A DNA stretch of 64,000 nt from a virus: IMG/VR virus record IMGVR_UViG_3300033491_000001; one strand, 5' to 3'. Positions 58,932 to 64,000 of this stretch are shown here, in pieces. Both the position numbers and the translations under genes were made by a program. The notes under the pieces were generated by a model. The model was not told the DNA's origin and made no database searches. It saw only the letters and a program-made list of their open reading frames with translations. The first letter of the stretch is position 1; each line of letters opens with the position of its first letter.

Positions 58932-59231
58932 ATGGCATACAGGATGATTGTGATGAGTGAGAACGAGTTCAGGATGATGGTGCAGGACTGGGTCGGTTTG
59001 TTGAACGATGAGGAACGAGAGAGCACCGAGGCGTTGCATGAGGCGCTGCGTGGACTCTTCTTCCTGACCTGCGAACATGACACGCAGGGAATTATCGTCT
59101 GGAAAGGCAACATGGGTCGCTATCCGACTGAGCTTATCTGGATTGAGGACGCAGAAACTTTCGTTGAGCACGCACTCAAAGAAGCAGGCTTAACAAAAGA
59201 GGTGATCAGTCATGGCGAGGCTGTGCACTAA
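58932..59231 (+). CDS. hypothetical protein
   Basis: 99 aa, GGAGGTG RBS. Confidence 0.6.
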   Translation: MAYRMIVMSENEFRMMVQDWVGLLNDEERESTEALHEALRGLFFLTCEHDTQGIIVWKGNMGRYPTELIWIEDAETFVEHALKEAGLTKEVISHGEAVH

Positions 59232-59521
59232 AGAACGAAAAAAGAAGTGGGATCTACACGGTCAAGTGTTCCTGCGGAGACCCTGAGTGTCCGATGCAGT
59301 TGCAGTTTATCCCAGACAGGCAAGGAAACATCGTTCGGGTCTGGTTCACATCGCCAGAAGAGCGAGGCTACTGTATGCGCCTGACAGTCGGCGGCGTCCT
59401 TGAACTTTTTGAATGTCTGTTGCGCGCACTTTCAGACCTTGCGACAGAGGAGGTGGTCATAGATGACCGAGCAGGAGTTGAAAGCGAGAATTGCGGAAAT
59501 TGTGCAGAATGTCGTCCGTGA
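59212..59521 (+). pseudogene. apparently frameshifted hypothetical gene (A6 run)
   Basis: ATG 59212 with GAGGTG RBS; removing one A from 59238-59243 gives MARLCTKERKRSGIYTVKCSCGDPECPMQLQF... Confidence 0.45.
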
Positions 59522-59807
59522 AAATCCTTGCTACGACTACGACCAACTCTGGCGCGCAGTGATTTCCGAACTCAGCTTCTTTGCGCAGGTGGGTTATCTG
59601 CGCTTCAACGGAAAGCGCATCAAACGAGTTACTGGCGTTGAAACAGAAGATTTCTACCTTGCCTACCTCTACACTGACATCGAACGAGACGATGAACAGG
59701 GCTTGTTCGGCTACGGCTACGCCTACAACCTCACTGACCCTGACCTTTCCGAAGCAGGCTATCTGTTCACTCCGAGGCGAGTTGAGGACTGGAAGGAGGC
59801 GAGATAG
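59463..59807 (+). CDS. hypothetical protein
   Basis: GGAGGTG RBS; 114 aa. Confidence 0.6.
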   Translation: MTEQELKARIAEIVQNVVRENPCYDYDQLWRAVISELSFFAQVGYLRFNGKRIKRVTGVETEDFYLAYLYTDIERDDEQGLFGYGYAYNLTDPDLSEAGYLFTPRRVEDWKEAR

Positions 59808-59808
59808 G

Positions 59809-61395
59809 ATGGAGCGAGAAGAACTCATCGCTCTGCTTTCAACCTACCTTGACTTACAGCCAACCTACCGCAAAGACGAGTTGAGAACTCTTTGCCCATT
59901 TCACGCAGAAACTCAGCCATCATGCTACATCAACATCGAGAAGATGATCTACCATTGTTTCGGGTGCGGGAAAGCTGGAACTGTGACATCAATGCTGAGA
60001 GACCTTGGCATTCAACTGGACAGCGAGCGAGCTGAAGCAGTCTCGGTGTTGGAAGTGCTATCGGCAGCGCATGCTTTCTTCCGTCAGCAGTTGAAGGCTC
60101 GACTTAGAAACCCGCAAGACCCAGTCTTAGCTTTTCTCCTTCGCACCGACAGATTGCAGTTTGTTGAACTATTTGAACTTGGCTACGCACCGCCAGAAAG
60201 AGACGCACTGTTGAACGCGCTCAGTCGCTTTCCGCCAGAGTTGCTCAAGCAAAGCGGTCTTTTCTCGGACTCGCTTTACCCGTTGCTGCAGAACAGGATT
60301 ACGATCCCGCTGCGTGATGAACGAGGCAGGATTGTCGCTTTCGCAGGACGAGCCATCTCGGATGAGCAGAAACCGAAGTTCATCAACACTCGCAACACTG
60401 TGCTATTCCAGAAGAGAGCATTTCTGGCGTTCGCTTATGAGGCTGTGCAGAGAATGACGCAGCAGAACTCTTCAAAGCGAGACTCGCCTAGGCAAAAATT
60501 GCTCTATGTCGTTGAAGGCTACTTTGATGCGATGCACTTCCTCATCAACGGCGTCCCTGCAGTCTGCGTGATGTCCACTAACTTGACGCTTGCGCAAGTG
60601 GCACTTCTCAAGAAACTGCACGCGCAGCATAGGAAGTTTTTCAAGGACGCTGAGATTGTCCTGCTGTTTGATAGCGACCCTGCAGGAATTGAAGCTACCG
60701 CAACAAGTATAGCGATGCTCACTACACTGATTCCGCCATCGGTTCTGAAAGTTCAACTTCTGCCAAAAGGGCGAGACCCTGACCAACTACCAATCTACGC
60801 GTTCAGCAACATTAAACGATTTGACCCAGTTTCCGGCTTCGTTGAAGCAGTCTGCAGAGCAAAACCTTCGCCAGAGAAAGTTGCACGGGCACTTCTGATC
60901 TTTCCTGACGAGATGCGTAAAACTCTGTCCAAAATGCTTGATGAGCGCAGACGAGTTTTAGGAATTGCCTATCTGCGGTTAGTGTTCAGCTTCTTTGGCA
61001 ATTTGCTGAGGCGAGCAGCCAGAAGACTACCGAGCAAACCTTTCAAGTTTGACCTTTACACTATCGCAACTGCTGCAGTCATTCAGGGTAAACTTGAACT
61101 TGACCAACTCGGAGAACTTGTAGACGAGTTTCCAGAAAACCTGCGGAAACTGCTGACTACGCCGCTTGAGCAATTAACCCGGACTGAACAGGAGCAATAT
61201 GCGAAACTCGCATTCATGCCTTACTCACTTCTGCCAGATGAGATCATCAAGGCACTACTGAAAGCGTCCAAGAAGCGAAAACTTCTTAGCATCGTTCAGC
61301 GCCTTGATAGTGCAAGTGAAGAAGAACTCCTTGCGCTTAGCAAGGAGTTCGACGAAGCGCTTTCGGATTTCCTGTCGCTGACTGACCAGTTCTGA
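59809..61395 (+). CDS. dnaG: DNA primase (DnaG type)
   Basis: CPFH...YHCFGCG zinc finger, RITIPL...IVAFAGR, KFINT, VVEGYFDA and LFDSDPAG Toprim motifs. Confidence 0.92.
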   Translation: MEREELIALLSTYLDLQPTYRKDELRTLCPFHAETQPSCYINIEKMIYHCFGCGKAGTVTSMLRDLGIQLDSERAEAVSVLEVLSAAHAFFRQQLKARLRNPQDPVLAFLLRTDRLQFVELFELGYAPPERDALLNALSRFPPELLKQSGLFSDSLYPLLQNRITIPLRDERGRIVAFAGRAISDEQKPKFINTRNTVLFQKRAFLAFAYEAVQRMTQQNSSKRDSPRQKLLYVVEGYFDAMHFLINGVPAVCVMSTNLTLAQVALLKKLHAQHRKFFKDAEIVLLFDSDPAGIEATATSIAMLTTLIPPSVLKVQLLPKGRDPDQLPIYAFSNIKRFDPVSGFVEAVCRAKPSPEKVARALLIFPDEMRKTLSKMLDERRRVLGIAYLRLVFSFFGNLLRRAARRLPSKPFKFDLYTIATAAVIQGKLELDQLGELVDEFPENLRKLLTTPLEQLTRTEQEQYAKLAFMPYSLLPDEIIKALLKASKKRKLLSIVQRLDSASEEELLALSKEFDEALSDFLSLTDQF

Positions 61396-61502
61396 CGCAA
61401 ATTTTGAGCACACAACTAAGCGAACGAGCCGCCCGACTCAAGAGAAACTGGGTCGGGCGGTTTGATTTTAAGCACCAAAAAACTTCAACGGAGGTGGTCG
61501 TT

Positions 61503-62186
61503 ATGAAGAAGCTTTCCTTTGCCACTCTCGAAGGCGTCACCGTCACCATCAGCGTCAACCCTGCTGGGTTCGTTCGGGTCGAGGCTTTCGGCAAATCTCG
61601 CAGCATGGCACTGCCGAAGTTCGCCCGTGCACTTCATGCCAACCCGAGCGCAGTCAGCGCCGAGCCACTTGAAGGCGCTGTCAAGCTCAGGCTTGGCGAC
61701 GGTTCTGTCTGGATTGTCTTCGCCGACACGCAACACATCTCCGAAGTCCCTGCCACAGTCGCAGAGGAAGAATTCGCGGAACAGCCAGTTGCTGCTACCC
61801 AGCCACAAACTCCAGCACCTACTCCTGCATCGGACGGTAACGGGAACGGCACTACGCAGAAATCGCCCAAAGTCGGCAGCCGCAAGGCAGCGTTCTTCCA
61901 AGCACTCGCCAGCGTCCTCGCTGCACGAGGCTTGTCGCAGGACGAAATTCAGGACATCATTGCCAACCTGTCTGCAACAAAGCGGCGCAACGGTGGCAGG
62001 GAACACATCGACACTTCAACTCCAGAGGGCAAACTCCTCGCTGCGGCACGAAGGATGTTCTTCTACCTGAAGCGCCAGTCTGTAACCTACTGGGAAAGCA
62101 AAGGTCCAAACCTGAACATTTTCTTTGATGGTAAGCGAGTGACCTTTGAGTTCCCTGACGGATACTCCATCTCCTACCCGCAGTAA
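61503..62186 (+). CDS. hypothetical two-domain protein
   Basis: GGAGGTG RBS; Pro/Thr linker; followed by terminator. Confidence 0.65.
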   Translation: MKKLSFATLEGVTVTISVNPAGFVRVEAFGKSRSMALPKFARALHANPSAVSAEPLEGAVKLRLGDGSVWIVFADTQHISEVPATVAEEEFAEQPVAATQPQTPAPTPASDGNGNGTTQKSPKVGSRKAAFFQALASVLAARGLSQDEIQDIIANLSATKRRNGGREHIDTSTPEGKLLAAARRMFFYLKRQSVTYWESKGPNLNIFFDGKRVTFEFPDGYSISYPQ

Positions 62187-62202
62187 AGGTTGAATTGACC
62201 GC

Positions 62203-62243
62203 TGCCGAGCGCCGGCAGTGACACCGGCGCTCGGCATTTCTTT
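62203..62243 (+). terminator. intrinsic terminator
   Basis: TGCCGAGCGCCGG/CCGGCGCTCGGCA + TTTCTTT. Confidence 0.7.
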
Positions 62244-62256
62244 CTCTCATCCGTCA

Positions 62257-62285
62257 TTTACATTCACGGATAAATCTGCTATACT
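62257..62285 (+). promoter_or_regulatory. sigma70 promoter
   Basis: TTTACA-N17-TATACT with extended -10 TG. Confidence 0.75.
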
Positions 62286-62309
62286 TCAGAGCGTAAATGT
62301 TGGAGGTGA

Positions 62310-62615
62310 TTGGCTATGGTGTTGCAGCAATTGTTGCGGTTGCGAGAGATGAGAGAGGAAGAACTCAGGCGGAAGTTCTTTGAGGTGGTCGGACTCGAGG
62401 AAGAGGACGACGATGTCCGTGTTGTCGTCAGGTTGTGTGACAGACCTGAATTGCTTGAAGTTTCCCTCCATTGCAAACACTGTGGTTATGAAGCCCTTCT
62501 CGCTGTTCTCCTTCCAGAAGACCCTGAGTCATGGCGGGAGAAAGTCGTTGCGTCTGCAGGTAATGCCGTCGAGCGCTTCAGGTCGCACCCGTGCAAGCGG
62601 TTGGTGCGAGTTTGA
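62310..62615 (+). CDS. hypothetical protein
   Basis: GGAGGTG RBS; CKHC motif. Confidence 0.6.
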   Translation: MAMVLQQLLRLREMREEELRRKFFEVVGLEEEDDDVRVVVRLCDRPELLEVSLHCKHCGYEALLAVLLPEDPESWREKVVASAGNAVERFRSHPCKRLVRV

Positions 62616-62640
62616 CTTTTGACGGCGGAGGTGAGTTCGC

Positions 62641-63681
62641 ATGGAGGACAAGAGCAAACTGTTGGTGGCTTTGCGCGACAGTGTCGCTAATCGAATTCAA
62701 TCCTTGTTCGCTTCAGTCGCGCAATCAGACCAGCCACGCCTGCGGCTTTCAGCCATCGGTTTGTGTCCGCGAGCGACAGTCTTGTCTGTGAGGACTGGAG
62801 TAACAGCGGACTTAACCGAGGCTGCGGGTATCCTTGCTGCAGGGCATTTGTTCGAGAATTTCATCGCTGAAGCGTTTGAAGGCGAGGAGATCTACCCGCA
62901 GTTTGAAGTTGAACTCGCAGGCGTGAAAGGTCACATTGACTTTTACTTCCCGCAACGAAAGTTCCTGATTGAGTGCAAAACTATTGCAGCCGCAAGGTGT
63001 TCTCCTGAATTTCTTCCAGTCGAGCATCATGTCGTCCAAGTTCACGCTTACCTCTCAGCGCTGTTTGAAATGACATCGGAAGAGCACTATGCCGCTCTCG
63101 TGTATTTCCCGAGGGAAAACCCGAGGCTCTTTCAAGTCTTCACCTTCGCCTATGACCCAAGTTGGCACTCCGAACTTGTCCTTCGCATTGAACTTCTCAA
63201 ACACGCCATAGAAACTGGAGAACTTCCTCCAATTCCTGCTAACTATGACGCAACGAAGTTTCCGTGCAGGTGGTTCTCGCGGATTTCTCGCATGGTCGTT
63301 CAGTGTCCATTCTACGAGCAATGCTGGCAGACGAAGAAGCAGGAGCAAGAAGAGCCTAAAGTGTCAGAAGAGGGAAATGAGGAAAATCTTCCAGTCTATG
63401 ACATGCCTGACGAGATTGAGGAAATCGTTGCCTTGTTGCACTCCATCCGGACGCAAAAGAAGTCTCTTGAAGAGCAAGAGAAGGCAGCACGCCAACAACT
63501 TCTTGAGAAGGTTGGCAAAAAGCGAGGGCGATGGGTCGGAAAAGAGTTCGGATTGCAGGTTCATGACGAACAACGCCGAACTCTCGACACCAAAGCCCTT
63601 GCTAAGGTCGTGAACCTCGATGAATACCGCAAAGTCACTGTCGCCACGGTCGTCGACGTTTGGCGACGGTTGAAGATTTGA
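62641..63681 (+). CDS. Cas4-like PD-(D/E)xK exonuclease with Fe-S cysteines
   Basis: LSAIGLCPR, GHLFE, GHIDF, IECKT, QVHAY, CRW...CPFYEQC; C-terminal coiled extension. Confidence 0.85.
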   Translation: MEDKSKLLVALRDSVANRIQSLFASVAQSDQPRLRLSAIGLCPRATVLSVRTGVTADLTEAAGILAAGHLFENFIAEAFEGEEIYPQFEVELAGVKGHIDFYFPQRKFLIECKTIAAARCSPEFLPVEHHVVQVHAYLSALFEMTSEEHYAALVYFPRENPRLFQVFTFAYDPSWHSELVLRIELLKHAIETGELPPIPANYDATKFPCRWFSRISRMVVQCPFYEQCWQTKKQEQEEPKVSEEGNEENLPVYDMPDEIEEIVALLHSIRTQKKSLEEQEKAARQQLLEKVGKKRGRWVGKEFGLQVHDEQRRTLDTKALAKVVNLDEYRKVTVATVVDVWRRLKI

Positions 63682-63720
63682 AGCACTGAGTTTGAAACGC
63701 TAAGGAGGAGGTGCATGTTT

Positions 63721-64000
63721 ATGGTTCAAACTCTCACCGTTCAAGAAGCGCTCAGCGAAATTGGACTGAAGGTCTTGGTGTATGCTCCAGCAGGTGCAGG
63801 CAAAACCACGCTCGCAGGGACATTGCCACCACCTGTGTTAGTGCTTGACTTTGAGGGCGGTATTCTGGCTTTGATGGGTAGACCGAACATTTCGGTCTGC
63901 CCTGTGAGAAGTGGCGAAGAATTACTGCAAGTGGTCAAGGAGTTGCAGTCCGACACAACTTTCAAAAGCGTAGTTTTTGACGGGTTGTCGATTTTCGTGA
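63721..64000 (+). CDS. AAA_24 / Sak4-like recombination ATPase, truncated by window end
   Basis: KVLVYAPAGAGKTT Walker A, VLVLDFEGG, SVVFDGLS Walker B; follows the exonuclease. Confidence 0.8.
   Translation, partial: MVQTLTVQEALSEIGLKVLVYAPAGAGKTTLAGTLPPPVLVLDFEGGILALMGRPNISVCPVRSGEELLQVVKELQSDTTFKSVVFDGLSIFV

Noticed and set aside
22018-59807. Genome-wide TAG recoding (code 15) explaining the amber at 37043
   Set aside because: TAG acts as a normal stop elsewhere (MCP 22018, 56751 before a terminator, 59807 before primase) and other long genes are intact in code 11.
1-64000. Integrase/att sites, tail sheath, lysis cassette, tRNA/rRNA genes
   Set aside because: None recognisable in this window, so prophage versus free phage and the lysis strategy cannot be determined.

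Overview
The window is almost entirely a long-tailed dsDNA bacteriophage (siphovirus-like; no sheath, integrase, lysis genes or RNA genes recognised). Strong GGAGGTG ribosome-binding sites and sigma70-type promoters point to a bacterial host. Layout: (1) 1-4966, divergent glycosyltransferase cluster. (2) 4969-41072, minus-strand virion module: tail-tip proteins, 2144-aa tape measure, chaperone, tail tube, neck, capsid, scaffold, portal-like gene, TerL and fibre genes. Inside its head block are two unusual multidomain enzymes: ATP-dependent ligase + Dam-like methylase + LigD-phosphoesterase-like domain, and prohead protease + nucleotidyltransferase + degenerate ligase. (3) 41.1-41.6 kb, repeat plus AT-rich origin/pac-like tract. 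(4) 41815-45475, HTH, TGT/DpdA-like, ParB and an unknown gene. (5) 45.7-64 kb, plus-strand early/replication region (small paralogous genes, Tmk, DnaG, Cas4-like nuclease, Sak4-like ATPase). The most striking signal is six dispersed copies of a 20-22 bp dyad, GCAATCGCACCATTGTGGGA(TTG), that looks like the core of a 30-nt CRISPR repeat. Most copies are flanked by hairpins and sit ahead of an early gene. Five of the six lie in a ~4.3 kb zone with no GATC/AGCT/TCGA/CCGG/CGCG/GGCC sites, which also holds two low-complexity tracts. All calls come from motif reading by eye; no database searches were run.
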